Shown one piece after another: positions 12,780 to 27,300 of a DNA stretch of 64,000 nucleotides. This DNA is from Bugula neritina. Taxonomy: Eukaryota; Animalia; Bryozoa. The first letter of the stretch is position 1; every line of letters begins with the position of its first letter. The stretch covers positions 26,783,504 to 26,847,503 of the forward strand of contig OZ037765.1 in NCBI GenBank assembly GCA_964035545.1, read 5' to 3'. The position numbers were made by a program, and so were the translations under genes. The notes below the pieces were generated by a model, which did not search any database, had not been told where the DNA came from, and saw nothing but the letters and a program-made list of their open reading frames with translations.

Positions 12780-15700
12780 ATGTGCTCGTGGACTTACTGC
12801 ATACTACTGTTGCTGCCTCTGACAGCATATGCACAAATTATTCATTCCATAGACCGTATGTCTAAATCAGTGGCTCTCTACCCTGTGCTGGCAGAAAGAT
12901 TAGAATCGCATTTAGTCGAAGAAGAAAATCGGATAAAGAAAATTAGATCGTAAGTAAGCTGACTACTTGTCAAACAAATTCCCTATGTTTGAAATGTTCA
13001 ACACCATAAAGTGGTAATACTAAACATATAACTAAAGGTATACACTTTGTATTTTGTAAGAGAAAAGGGGTGAGATAGAATCACCTGGTATAACCAGGGT
13101 TTAGTCTGTGTTCTATCTGTTTTAGTTTGGGTTTAAATAGATTGATAGTTGCTTTCCACTTTTCATATTTATTTTGTATCAGCAGCTTGCTATAGACTTT
13201 CTAAATGTTAGCCAATAATAATGTCACTATTATTATAGTCATCACTCTAAAAGAAAAGTGTTTTTCTTACAGTTGATTAGCTGCCTTTTTAGACAGGTTA
13301 GACTTGTGAGCCAGTATTGACTATACAAACTAGTAACAACTACAAAAACTTTTTATGGAGAACTTAATATGCTAAATGTTACTATATGAAATAAATATTT
13401 AGAATATGCAATATTCACCAAAACCACTTGGCTTTTTAGGTATTTCAACTTGGCATAACACTCAATTATGTGCATATCATGCAACTGAGTATTGAAAGTT
13501 TCTCATTCCTAGTTACAAAGCAAAGCTCTAAATTTCATTAACTAACACCTTTACACATTTGGTGAAAGACTGTTTACATTTGAAACTGGCCATCACGAAA
13601 ATGAAACCACTCTGATAGAGACAAGTTCAGACAGCAACATCGGTTTTCTGTATTACATTTTTTTTCAACTCTGACCAAGGACAACAATTTTTTTCACAGA
13701 GGCTCTCTAGTTTAGACTGAGCCTTGTTCCCACTAACTCAAAATTCTTAGAAATATATCATTATATAATAATATGTTTTATAAATTGTAAATATTATATT
13801 ATTATAGTAGGCTATATAACTGTAGCAAATTGCTGGTGTATGTGTCCAAGCTTAAAGTCCTCCACAGGCGGTTATACTATTACAGCATAATAAAGGCTAC
13901 TTTACAGAGGTGTTTGACGTCTGTATTGATTTAGAGTTGGTTGACTTCTAATTACTGCAGGTATATAGAAATCCTCAAGTTAGAAAATAAAAAGATGAAC
14001 ATGACAAGAAAAGAGCTAGAAGCCGAGATGTCTCATCCAGTAAGAGTATACAGATTCGTCTCACAGTTTTACTCAGACATTGAAGATATCAGAGATTCTC
14101 TAGACATGTCTCGCATATCTGAAGGTAATTACTAAATCTACAAATTAATGAACATAATGCAGTTAATGTGTATTTAAAAGGCACTTCCTATCTTTGATTA
14201 GCATTCTGATGTATACTTGTCAACTAAAGGGTGTCTATCAATTTGATAATTAAAAGTCGATATTCTGCAGAGTTGAGAGAAACTTTATCACAGCTGCCTT
14301 CTCAGAAGGATTATGTTGATGCTGTGGGTGCCATTGCAAGGCTACAAGAAGTATACAAAGATGAGGCTGATTTTACAAGACCCCAAACTAATAATACTAC
14401 TGATGTATTAACAGGTTATTCACCTGCACTACTAACACTGCTCAGATCAAATGCCAAATTACTCGGCACTTATTGATCAACTTGATGTACTGCAGTCAGA
14501 CATTAAGTTATATATAATAACTAATACTTTTTATGCCTATTTAAACAACTCATTCGTAGATTGAGTAGCTGAATGCAATAGTGCTAACATGGCGACACAA
14601 ATGGCTTGCTTACATACCAATTAATATGGGAGGCAGGTTGAAAGAACTTTAAGTTTTCAGGAAGTAATACATCATCACATTAATTACGTTGGTTTGCATT
14701 TTAAATATATAATTGCAGCTGAAGAGGTGTTTGACATTGGAAGAACTTGCTCCGAAATAGAGAACTATTACGGAGCACTGAATAATTTGGTTCGGGCTAA
14801 AGAGATGTTTGAAGCTAGAAATGATACAGTGCAAGCAATGGCAGCATACGATCACTTAGCTTTTGTCATGTTTGAGGTATGAAATCTTGGTTATGCTCAC
14901 GTTGGGCAATCTGCTCAAACTTTAGTCTATGAATCATCAATTCTCCAACATGCTACAAGATGGAGCAACTTTTAAACAGACTCAAAAATCAAAAGCTAAT
15001 GGCATAGGGCTCCCTAATTTATCAAGTTTCTCTCAACTAGTTCAATTATTGGTGAATTATTCAAATATGATGAGAAGATAACATAGCGAAACCAGACACT
15101 TACTGCGTATACAACCAGCATATATAGGCCCTAATGTTAAGTATATGACATAAATTATTATTTTGGCTGCTACTGTTAATAACTGCATGGAAAGACTTCA
15201 AACAGCAGTAACACTGTAGACTATAAATGTATAACTATGCTAAGCTTGTACTGCACAGCTCTCACAATAAAAATAGATGACATAATCTTATAACAGTTAA
15301 TCTGATTATTGTATCAAATAACCAAATGCAATAAGTCTTTATCTTTAATAGCATAAATTATAGTTAACAAGTAATCATACTACCCTACGTTTATAGCTTG
15401 ATATAAAGTATAAATTAGAAGCTGAGAAGATACATAGTGAAACCAGACACTTACTATACTACTTCCCCATTCACATCGCTGTACATTGTAATTCATTGTA
15501 AGGAAATCTTGAGGCTTTTGTAACTATACATTGATGTGACAAGTGATATACATGAATAGTTTCTCAAGCATGCACAGTATCAACTCTTACAAGCCATAGA
15601 CTGACGTAGTAGGGTCAGAATATTATTATATAGGTAATATAACTTGTATTCTTGTATCTTAACTTCCTGATTACTACAGAATTATGTCACAAAACTATCA

Positions 15701-18700
15701 TGCTGTCAGCTGCACAAGTATAGTCAACAGAATAAAACTGAATCACTTGAAGATAATAAAGTTGTTTATGTTAATTTAGCTCCGTGAGCATAAGTGATGC
15801 AATCTTGCACTACCAGGTTTCACCTTTTGACATCTAAGCAATATAAGCTAGCATTGGTATCTGTGTTGGCATGAGACTCTATTGTGTAAACTGTAGAAGA
15901 ATAATCTCATTTAGGAACAGTAGTGGAGAAATTAAAATAGCCTAAGTTATTTAATTGTTCTATTAATTTTTGGTTTGGGGCAGGGGTTGAAATTTTTGCG
16001 AGAACATAACTTCTTTTGCTACATTTCTAATCTAGAACACAGTCTTTCTCTATTACTGCACCTGCTTCAGTCTCGGTCTTCTAACCTCCATCAATATGAA
16101 TCCTTTTGTAGCAAGAAAACCCTGACTATGCCCTAAACTATACATACAATCTCATAGACTACTACAAGGACAAGGATGAAGAGGTTATGACCAGACTACA
16201 AGATAACAGGAAGCTGTATATAGAAGAGCTAGGTGGGGAGGAGCTAGCCAACCAGTCTCTTAGTCTGAGTCATCCTTACAAGAATGAACCTGTAGAACAA
16301 CTTCCTATATATAATCAGCTCTGTAGAGGAGAGAGCGTTGAGGTTTGAGATACAAGATTATATGATTTATTTACACCAGGAATTAACATGATGATTTTCA
16401 ACATAGACTGAGGATAATAGTATATTGATTATAGCAATGCAGGATTAACATCATTAGATGTATGTAAAGATTAAATAGCATCAAGACCTTTACGTGTTAC
16501 AAGACAGTTGGGAAAATTACTAGTTATTTTACCTAGATATATATAATTCACATAGTCAATCAACCATTAAGACTCATCAGTGTTTGGTGAGTAGTAGTAA
16601 CCACTGAACTGAAACTATACCTAGGGGGGTTATAGTTCAATGGTTAGTAACAGAGTGGGTATAATATATTATTTAGTATAGTGTGATTCATACTGTTTGC
16701 GCACCTGTGAAGTGGAACCATTACTAAAGAAATATTGCGATTTTATAGACATGCATATAGTATACTGTATATACTCAGAGTAGTGCATATATACATGATA
16801 TATGTATGATATAAATTATAATACATAGCTTGTGATTATATTGTTATTACTAAATGTTGTATATTTATCTATACGAGGGTTTCATATAATATGATTATAC
16901 ATATTTCTATCAATCTCTGCATCTCGGAGGTCATAGTGATGTATAATTGCATGTTTGTAAGGTTTAATACAATTGCACATGTTTGTATTCATAAGCGTTA
17001 TGTGTTGTGTAACTTTTAGCTAGAAGCAAAGGAGAGTAAACCACTGCAATGTCATATGCACACAAATAACAACCACCCACTACTCATACTTGCACCAGTA
17101 AAAAAAGAGGATCTTCATATAGAAACTGGTTTATCTTTCTTTCATGAAGTCATAAGTGATAAAGAAATAAAGCTATTTCAAGAAAAAGCCAGTGGAGTGG
17201 TAAGAATGTCAGATAAAATAATACAATCTGCTTCCAAGTACTGATTGCATGGTCTAAAGTTAAGAGAATTCATAATGTTTTGTATGGCTACAGTTTGAAG
17301 ACTCCCAGCTGGTTCCCGATGATGATATTAAAAAGGATCCAAATTTTGAAGTACAAGATGACGGCTATGCCGACACCAGAGTACGGTCTAGTAACACGTG
17401 AGTGCCTGTTGATCCTTTGTTCTGATATGTATAACTTTAAAAGTTTTGGCATGGTTTTATTTTTATCTTTTAGTTATACAGCCAAGTTTAACATACTAAC
17501 TTCTAACGTTGGCACCAAGTATGATATTCTGAAAATACGTAACAAGTGCATAACTTCAAAATCCAAGGTTCATTAAAGTGTATTTCTATAGGCTACGGTT
17601 AAAAAGTTTGATGCAATCATTATGTAAATATATGCAATACTCATTAGCAAAAAATATTAACTATTATCATAGCATTAACTTAAATTATTTTGGCAGTTTA
17701 ATTTAGATCAAAAATCGTCAGCAAATTAGGCTCCTTCAGAATCCCTCATTTTATGGCTCTGCTCTACAGAATTTTCCTTCAAAACTCTGAAAGTATATAT
17801 GGTTTACTATCGTGAATAAGATACAGAGAACCTCTGAATAATGAAAACAGCCCTCACAAAAGCAAAGTTGTGTTGAAAAGTACATTTAGATGACAGTATT
17901 CAATAAGAACAAAAGAAAGCGTTTTATAGCGCTTGTTAAATTAAATATTTGCAGCAACTGTTGTCAAGAAAAGTGTACAACAAGTACACTAAAACATTAG
18001 TTTAACCGCTAAATCTAACAAATTAGTTTATCTAGACATATAAAATGATTCTTAGTCTATTGTACTCAACGTTTCAAAAAGTTGTGTTCCGAAAATACTA
18101 GTAGTTGAAAATATGTAGTTTATTTTACTATTATTGGTGAAAAAGTCTACTTTACAATGATGCCTCTATGTGACTAGACCTTTATTTTCTGGTTTAATTT
18201 AAATGGTAATATTTTTGTGACGTGTTTTATTTTTAGAGGATGGGTAGATGACGAAATGGATGTCATGGTCAAAACTGTGTCTCGGAGAATAGCTGCCATT
18301 TTAGATTTAGATCTCAAGTCTGCTGAATCTTTTCAGGTAATTCAAATGTAGTTTTTTATAAAAACATTTAAATATTTCATCATTTTATTTTCATTTGTAA
18401 ATAACGCGCAGGTTTGAAAAAAATGATTGTTACGAATGAAATAAGTATCTATAATTACTTGTGCATTAGAAGTTTGTTACCACATTCTAATTTTAAAATA
18501 ATTTTATGAAAGGTAGCTAAATAACATTATTATAAAGGCATAAATTATACTTATGCATTGTTTACTAGGAAGTATATATACTGCAACTTTACATGCTTAT
18601 ACATGTAAGATAGCCTTGTAATTAAAGAATAATATAGCTTGCAGAATGGAGAATGATAATGCAAGGAGTAACAAATCCAGTCATATTGTATAGCCATTAG

Positions 18701-20004
18701 CAAACAACTCCTTATTTAATAGCTTCCTTAGTTCAGGGAACAAAATATTGAGTATAATATTTCTAAAATATTGGTGATTTAATAATTTCACATGTTTTAT
18801 TGTAGGTTCTCAGTTATGGTATTGGGGGATTTTATTTGCCACATTTCGATTGGGGAGATGTAAGTTAACTTATATATAACTCCATAGCGTTGTTTATGCA
18901 GAAGCATAATATGAAATCAGAAATTTGAGATTTATTTTTGAAGAAAAAAATTTTAGGCTAGTTACCATTCATGAATTTTTGCTAATATTTTTGCAGGGAG
19001 AAAATCCATTTCCAGATTTTGAAGGTAACAGAATAGCTACATGGATATTTTATGTAAGTTTTATTTAACATAATGCCATCAGTGTTATTATAATTTCTAA
19101 TTGCATATGTAGGTATATGGTGGTAGTTTTATTTGTTAGAAGTAGTAAAATATACAAATAAAGTTTACCTTTATTAAGCTGTCTTATTATTGCTACTAAT
19201 TTCAGGAGGTTGCAGGACTTGTGATGAAGTAGCATAATTAATTCAATAAATGAATATTGTATAAGCAGCTATGCATCACTGTTTAATGATCAAAGGCTAG
19301 CAAATTTATAGCCTGTGGTTCAAATAATTTTCTAGTAAAAGATAGCCTTGCATGATTACACTTTCCATTTTTGCCTTTTAGCTAAACAATATAAAAAAAG
19401 GTGGAGCAACTGTATTTCCTGATATTGGAGCCACGGTTTGGCCTGAAAAAGTAAGTTAATAATAAAAAAGTTTATTTATATAAGACTTGCAAACAAGTTA
19501 TTTGTTAACAGGTCAACTGCTATAAGTAGAAGTATGGAATATGAAGTGGTAAAGCAAATCATACAGCATAATATTACGTATATACGATATGTCAAATATA
19601 CTTTAAAGATGGTTTCAATCAGGAGCAGACTATAGAGTCATTATTGAACAACTTATAAATCAACTTACCTACAGGGTGGGGCTGCATTTTGGAGAAACTT
19701 ACACAGAAATGGAGAAGGCAATGAACTAACTTTACACGCGGCATGTCCAGTTCTGGAAGGCTACAAGTGGGGTAAGCATTTAGCACATTAGGGGGAATCC
19801 ATTTATTGACACTTCTACACTAGCAACATATTATGTAATATCAAACTCCATCACTATACTTATTGTCCGTTAAAACACTTCTTTAATTTGCAGCATGAAA
19901 ACTTGGCTTTACTTGTGTAATTTGAATTTGCAGCTAGCAACAAATGGTTCCATACTGTTGGCAATGAATTCAGCTGGCCATGTGATGTGAACCCTGAAAA
20001 CTAA
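12780..20004 (+). CDS. Collagen prolyl 4-hydroxylase alpha subunit (P4HA-like), multi-exon
   Basis: Signal-peptide start MCSWTYCILLLLPLTAYA. N-domain has HPVRVYRF. Further motifs: YNQLCRGE, LILAPVKKE, KSAESFQV, catalytic YGIGGFYLPHFD (HxD), GNRIATWIFY, GGATVFP, TLHAACPVLEGYKW (distal His and Lys), ending SNKWFHTVGNEFSWPC..EN* (TAA at 20002-20004). Confidence 0.92.
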
Positions 20005-22574
20005 AAGATATCTCTACTACTAAATACAGCATGGCTCATGTTTCTACTTTTTCTTATTATTGCATTTTTTAAATCTGGTTCATAACAAATAAATATCTTA
20101 GATTAAGACCAGTTAATGTGAAAAGGAAATGATATAACAACTATACTTGATATGCAGTAAAAGCAAAATGTGTTGGTTCTGTGTCACCGCTTTGCAAAAT
20201 TATGTCAAATTATTGCAACTGCTTCCCATAACATGGTAAATTATCAATTTTGATAAACTTTACTTCTTCTATAAATCTGAATTTAGCAAATAAAAAACAA
20301 AAACTTAGTTATAGTCACAACTCCTTGGAGAAAGACTTTTATACCTGCAAGTTGCAACATGGTTTGAAAGCTTTTACTGTAGGAACAGTGCAATTACAAT
20401 AGATTGCCCTTCATATCATAGCTTGCAGTTGTATTAAGATGCAATCCACCAGTCTAGCTATTGTGTATGGTGCTATATCAGCCCCCTCTAACCATTATGT
20501 CATGGATCCCATGGTTGTGGATTGAGATATAAATACAAGTTTAGGTTATATAAGCAAAATATATAAATTACACTCACCAGTCTCCACAGATCCAATAGTT
20601 TTTCCTTGGTTTCGCACTCTTATTGGCTCATTATAAATGTTAACTTGATAAGATGTCTGTAATACAAGATAATTCTCTCGTGTGTATAACTACTGCAGAC
20701 TATATAATATGTACATCAATCATTCTGCTGAGTGTAACACTCTAAGTATATCCTGCTCAAAAGACAAGTATATTATATCTTGTACAGTAAGACTGAGTGT
20801 GTAGCTATTCCAGCCTGCATCCTGATTGATTATGGATAAAACCATATTGAAAAAATTGATAGAAATTTTGCTAATGGTTAAAAGCCAGGAAGTTAACTTT
20901 TTATACAAATTTCTTTGGCTGCTAGCTGATGTTAGACTTTTTATATCAATTATAAGAGTTATCTTCTTTTTTATTGGTTCAAAATGATTACAAAATGTAG
21001 ACTATAAATGACAACATTCCGTTTTTCCCCAAAGAGAAGGCATTAAATCCTTTATTTCTACTATCAATTAATTATCTTTTAATTAGAAATATGTTGCTTT
21101 GCTTTAGTTTGCAATGTATATACAATGTACATAAGACATTACAATACATTATAATACAGTATCAACCACTGTAATTTCTTTAACAAAGAGAGACCTTCAC
21201 AAAACAAACCTCAAATTGCTAGTTGCTAGTCTAGTGAAAACTCTCCATTTGAGAAGCAATTTATTCAAATGATTTTGTCTTAATGCTACAAAGCTGATTA
21301 GATACTGTGTAATGAATGTGTGTAATTACATAACATCAAGGTACTATTTCTTCTAAATAATTTCAAATTTTCTATTAGCAATAAAAACCGTAGGAGCTCA
21401 ATATTTTTTACATTTATTCAAAGCCATCTCTTCAAATAATATCTTTTGATTTAAAAAAGTTTCAATCATAATTTGAGATTGCATGCTGCTTTGAAACAAT
21501 TATTTGGCACTTTATCAGCGTGATATCAATATTATCATCTTTTACCAAATTATTACTATTAGATGGTGAGAAACATGAATCAAGTTGAAGTGTAGAACAT
21601 GTGGTAATCTTCTTTCCTGCTTGCAATATGTGTTAGTTGATATCATATGGCACTTGTGTTCAATTAGCCTAAAACATTTCGATAGTGCTTTGATCAGATA
21701 GTGACATTCAGCCAGCTGTAGCACATTGTCAAAAATATTTACAGTTCTTTCAATATGAGGTGTGAAGCTACGAATGACTATCTGACCAATACATATTTTG
21801 CAGCATTGTACTATTTCCTAATTATTGTTTTATAGTTATAAAAATTTTATAACATAATGCAGTTTTGAGACATTGGGAGAGAGTTGATGGTCATACTAGC
21901 CACAAGTTAACCTATCTTTGGTCTCCAACATTTAACTACCACAAGCATGCTTGTATTAACCAAGAAAGTATGCCATTGGACAATTAAACTAGGAAGTTAT
22001 TTTGTACAATTTTGTTATGCAAATAATATACAAGTATGTCAAAATTCTAATTTCATCCTCAGTCTATTTTTACAGCATCAAGCTATTTTTGACACCAACC
22101 GAGTAGGCAGTAAAATTAATTCTTCCCATTCAAAGATTTAAAATTAGAGCTGGAAGTAGTATTGAATTTGTTTTGTAGAATCAATTATTAATTAGTGAAA
22201 TCACGCCTTTCCTGAAACAGTAATGTATAATGTTTATAATTATTCAGTGAGTTGTTATTACCACAAAATCTATTTCCTTATTTGTTAGTATGGAAAAGTT
22301 AATGCATTAGACTAACTACATTAACCATGTTGCAACAAAATTTCGCAAGATCCTATAATCTGATTTTGAAGTGTTTATGATTTAATACTAATATCTAATT
22401 CATGTTATCCATCTCCTAGACTTTTAGCCTCCCAATATTTTGTAGCTTACTATTGCAAAAAACTGGTTGCATAAAATCACAATTACTGTAAGTAAAGGTT
22501 TTATTAGAATGGGCTAAGGTGTGTGAGTATGCTGTGGCACTAAAACAACAAATACACTCTCTGACATCACCAAT

Positions 22575-22646
22575 GACCCTGACTGAAATTGAACCTATGG
22601 TGTATAGTGCACACTAGGCCGTGCTCTAACCATTAGACCGTGGTTC
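22575..22646 (-). mobile_element. Degenerate tRNA-derived SINE head or tRNA pseudogene
   Basis: On the minus strand, A-box-like CGGTCTAATGGTTAGAGCAC and B-box-like GGTTCAATTTC at tRNA-like spacing, but no clean cloverleaf. Confidence 0.4.
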
Positions 22647-24361
22647 TGGTTTGCTAATACAAGCATTTACTACCTGTTTTTTTATTCAAAAGCCTAACAT
22701 TTTATACCCTATTTGAAATGCACAGATTCTTTAAAATGCATTGAAGAAAGATTAGGCTGTTTAAAAAAGAAGGCCAGATTAGTACATGTTAAGGTGGTTT
22801 ATTCACATACACCCTATTCCTAAGCTCATGGTTATTCTCCTGTAACCAACTCTTGCAGAAAAAGAATAGTTGAAGATAATGGAAAACATAAGGAAAGAAC
22901 TGTTTGTGGGAATTATATTGGCTGCTTCCTTTCATTATACTCCTTGACGTCACATTTAGAGAGCTTGTCTGTCTCAGTTTTCATCATGTGGATATGTGAG
23001 CTATGCTTTGATCTTTGGGTGGTTTAGAGCCTAATTGGTTTATTGCACAAATGCTTTTCATGTTGAAACTGTATAGTAAAGCTGACGCTACTCAGAGGCT
23101 TGCTATTCATTAGTGTTAACATTATAACTTGCTGCTTTTACACACTACAAATAATATGTACCGATAAACATTAAGTGCTGGACATCACTTGAAAAGCTGG
23201 CACCATCAAAGATCTAGTTTAGGATATAACATATCTAATTAGCTCTGTTTATAAAGGGTGGAAAGATCCAGTTAGGGCACAAGACTAGTATTTTATTTCT
23301 ATTCCTGATTAACCCTTTAACCTTTGACAGTTACCTTTATGCAGCATTAAAAATATATTCACATATATTTCGGCTATCATCTCAATACAAAGTTAAGATT
23401 GTGTGCTGAAATACTGCACACATGTCTTGAGTTATTTTGGGATTTTAGGCCACTTGCTGATGCACACCTGGTGGATAAAAGCTTAGCTACATCCTAGAGT
23501 AGCATAGTGTCTAAACTGACTAACAATAACTGTTGCTTTTGGCAAGAAAACTTCACGACAAATTCAAGTCACGAATTAATTGGAAGAGATGCAAGCTACA
23601 GTTTGTATGTTGCAATTAATAATGGCAGTTTGGTAGCAGATCAAACCACTAAAATCAATGAATGAAACTACAATAGTATCTACTTTGTTACAGTAGCTAT
23701 CACTATCATAATACTAGAGCATAGAGTAGGTACTTGCTAACTTCTCCATCATAATGAATCCACAATTATTTCACAGTAAATGATTATGAAGCGCAGTAGC
23801 CTATGATAAAACTCAAACTTTATGTAAATTATTATTAAAACATAAACACTATAATTTTTATTTTTTGAAGCTTTAATATTAATTTGATAAATTTTTACAA
23901 AATATTTTTATAAACTTTGAGTAATAATATTTTCATAATATTTTGATTGAAAAGACAATTTACAAATAAAGCCATTGTACAACATAATATTATAACAGAC
24001 AAGCTAATTCACAAAAATATTGTTTCTGCTGTTAAAACATCAGCCAGCGCAATGAGTAAACAACTGCATAGTATTATGATGGTTTTTGGTTAACAAACCA
24101 GATGCATCTACTGATATTATAATGAATGAAAACAATAAATGAAAATACCAAGAATACTTATCAGCAAATTATCATCATTATAAAAAGTTGTTTCTAATTA
24201 TCCTTGGAATTATATTATGCATCTTTACACTGTCAGATGACTTTGTTCGACCAATGAATAACACCGGCGACTAGACAAAAAGCAAACTTATAAAATAGGA
24301 ATTTATAAGTAAAAAATATATAAATTAAAAAAATTAACTAGAAAAAAAGGTAGCATAGGTT

Positions 24362-27300
24362 TTAGCTTTCTTTCATGGTGCTGGATCTAGACCGAGTGAG
24401 CTCCCCGTCTTCATCTTCTCTATCTGATTCACAGATTATAGTGTCAGTAGAAGCCTGTGATTCTAGCGCTGAGTCAGGTGATTGTGCATATAACTCATCT
24501 ACATTGATATTGGGAGCCAAGGCTAAAGGATCCCCTGCCTCTGAAAGCACTAGCTGGTCTGTGAAAGCTCTTTCTAACGACAAGGATTTCGGTGAGCAGA
24601 TGGCCGAGTCATACTCAGTCGAGTGAATGGAGACGTTGTCCAACTGGGCCAGCTGAGTGAGGGACTCGCTGTCAGTACTCCAGAGAGAGTCAGCATCTGT
24701 ACTCACACTCTCCGCATCCTCCGACTCAGACACATCAAAGTTGAGATGTTTTTCTACAAAAAAAACAAGTTTAATTAATCACTGCTGTCATACAACATGT
24801 AAACAAACATATTATCACCCATCACAATAATCGGACATGATTCACTGAATAAAATAAATGCTTCCTGTTAAGAGGATTTATATTTTGACTACATTGTTTA
24901 ATCCACCTGCCATAATCCCTACTAGTCTATATTCATGTTCCACCAATACTTTTGAAGAGCAAATACAATTGAGAGATTAAAACTAATGCCAAGTATAAAC
25001 CCATACTAACAGATTACTGTTACAAAACTATTAATTACAATATTATGACAAATTCAAATACTAAATCAATGCATAGTTAAAATCAACTGGTATATTACCA
25101 GGAAAAGTGCATCAACAACTAAAATATTTCAAACTGAACATCATGAAATAACAGCAGAGTGTAAGCTAAACCATAAAGCATAAAACAACCACCACCACCA
25201 CCACCACCACCAAACAACCTGTTACCAGGACAACCCTCACATAACTACACAATAAATTATAATTAGCATTTGTCTATGCAGCACAAACATAGCAATTATT
25301 TTATTTCAGTGCTAAACAGACAGATAATGAAGCATTGCTCGTTGCATACAGCAATACAATACTATATATTATACAGCTGAGATGTCAGTTAAGAGGTCAT
25401 TATCACCTCAGGTAGCAACTCAAAGTGTATATTATCACAGCTTTACCCCTTCTCAAAGCTAGAGCAGGTCATCCACTACTCATTCATTATAATATATTTG
25501 TACAAAGCTGTCACCGTATCTACCTAAGTTTATCTCTAGCGGGAAGAGCTCCTCACTATCACATCCCACACCCGGCTCTCTCGGAGGTAGAATTGGTAAT
25601 TTACGCATTTCGTGTATTTCTTCAGATATTTTTTCTAGGTTGGACATTGCGTGCCTGTAGTTGTTCTTAGCCACCCCAACTGCCTGCTGTAGGTCCTCAA
25701 CATTCTGCTTCTGTTGCTGTAGAAACAAATGAATGACATGAAAGCACAGGTGCCTGCAGTTAGTACACTGCTACTGCAAGTACATGCAGACACATGCTGA
25801 GTCCACATGGCCTTGGCTACACATAGCAACTAATATAACTGATGATGAAGCACATCTGATAGAGAGATAACTGGTAATACCAAATGAAAATAAAATAATC
25901 ACAAATGCACTTTGGCACCATCATTGATAACTACAATAATAACTATCTATTAAATCACTGCAATGTATATTTGGCAGTAATGTAGAGTGATTTAGCAGCC
26001 AATGTTATCAGTTGCTACTTGCCCTCTGCCAGTATCAACCTACAGTATCAACCAGTTCCTAACACAAGCAGTCTACACATACCAAGTTGAATGTATATAA
26101 AGTGCTAATTGCTGACTGATTAACCCACAAAACATGTTATTGTTTGACAGGAAGGAATCTGCTACAACTCATTCCTCCATTGACCCCAAATATCTTAATG
26201 TATATTCCACTCTATTGGCGTGAGTAACACTAGTGAACATACACTGACCAATGAAAACAGAGCATTTAATTTACTGTCACAACATGACAGTTGTATGCCA
26301 TGCTGTATTACACAGTATATTATACTAGTATAGTACACTACTACATATATTACACATCATATTAAAATATTATATTACACTATTATATTACACGAGGACT
26401 GATGGGTAAAGCACACACCTGCAACTGCAGCTCTAATTGTGTTTTGAGATCATAATATGGTTTTGCTGTTGCTATGCTACGCTTATGAGATCTGCCCATC
26501 TTGTGAACCTGCTTCTCCAGCTCCTGGTATGCCTGCGACTTGCGGTGGTGTTCCAGTTCGCTGCGCACTTTCTCTTTCTCCGCATCCATCATCTGAAGTG
26601 TATAGAGATAGTGCTCTACTCGGTTTGTTAGCAGTATAATGGTAAAGTAGCATGCAATTATATTGTATATATACAGGCACTGTATCTATAGGTTATTGAG
26701 CTAATTACTAGTAACTACATTCTTAGTTGTGCACAATTGCATTTCAATTGATGAGTTATTCTGAGAGTAACATTGTCCATGAATCATTACACATATGCAA
26801 CTACACTGCAACAGTGGCGGATCAGCAAGGACGTAATGAGATGCAGCAAACAGGCTAATACAACGCAGCTCAAAGCCACATTTATTACATCCATGACAGT
26901 AAGGAATCTTGAACCCTCTATCTCATTTGCAAACACAACTTTGATATATGATTTGCATATATTGACAAGGTCTGCCTTAAACTACTTTACTGAAGATACA
27001 CGTTATTGATTATGCATCATAACTCTTCATTGTATATATTCTAGCAAAGTATATGAAGCTTGTGTACACAGCAGTGTTATTGCAGCTGATTTCCAGGGCT
27101 ATATGACATTATTATATTAAAATACAGAGTTCATCGAACTCACTTTGATTGTAGAATGATTGAGCATTTCCTGCCAGGCCTCGTCAAACTGAACCCCCTC
27201 ATCATCAAGTCTTTGTTCTGCGAGGCTGATTGTCTCTTTTGCTGCTTTATAAAAGCTACTGGCTCTACGGAATTGAACGACAGCTCTTTGCGCTTCTCCT

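Noticed and set aside
12506-12865. 119-aa ORF upstream of P4HA
   Set aside because: Non-ATG start and no recognisable similarity. It overlaps the true P4HA first coding exon in another frame.
12780-20004. P4HA as an inactive or novel enzyme
   Set aside because: The HxD...H iron ligands and the 2-oxoglutarate-binding Lys are present, and divergent P4HA paralogues are common in invertebrates.
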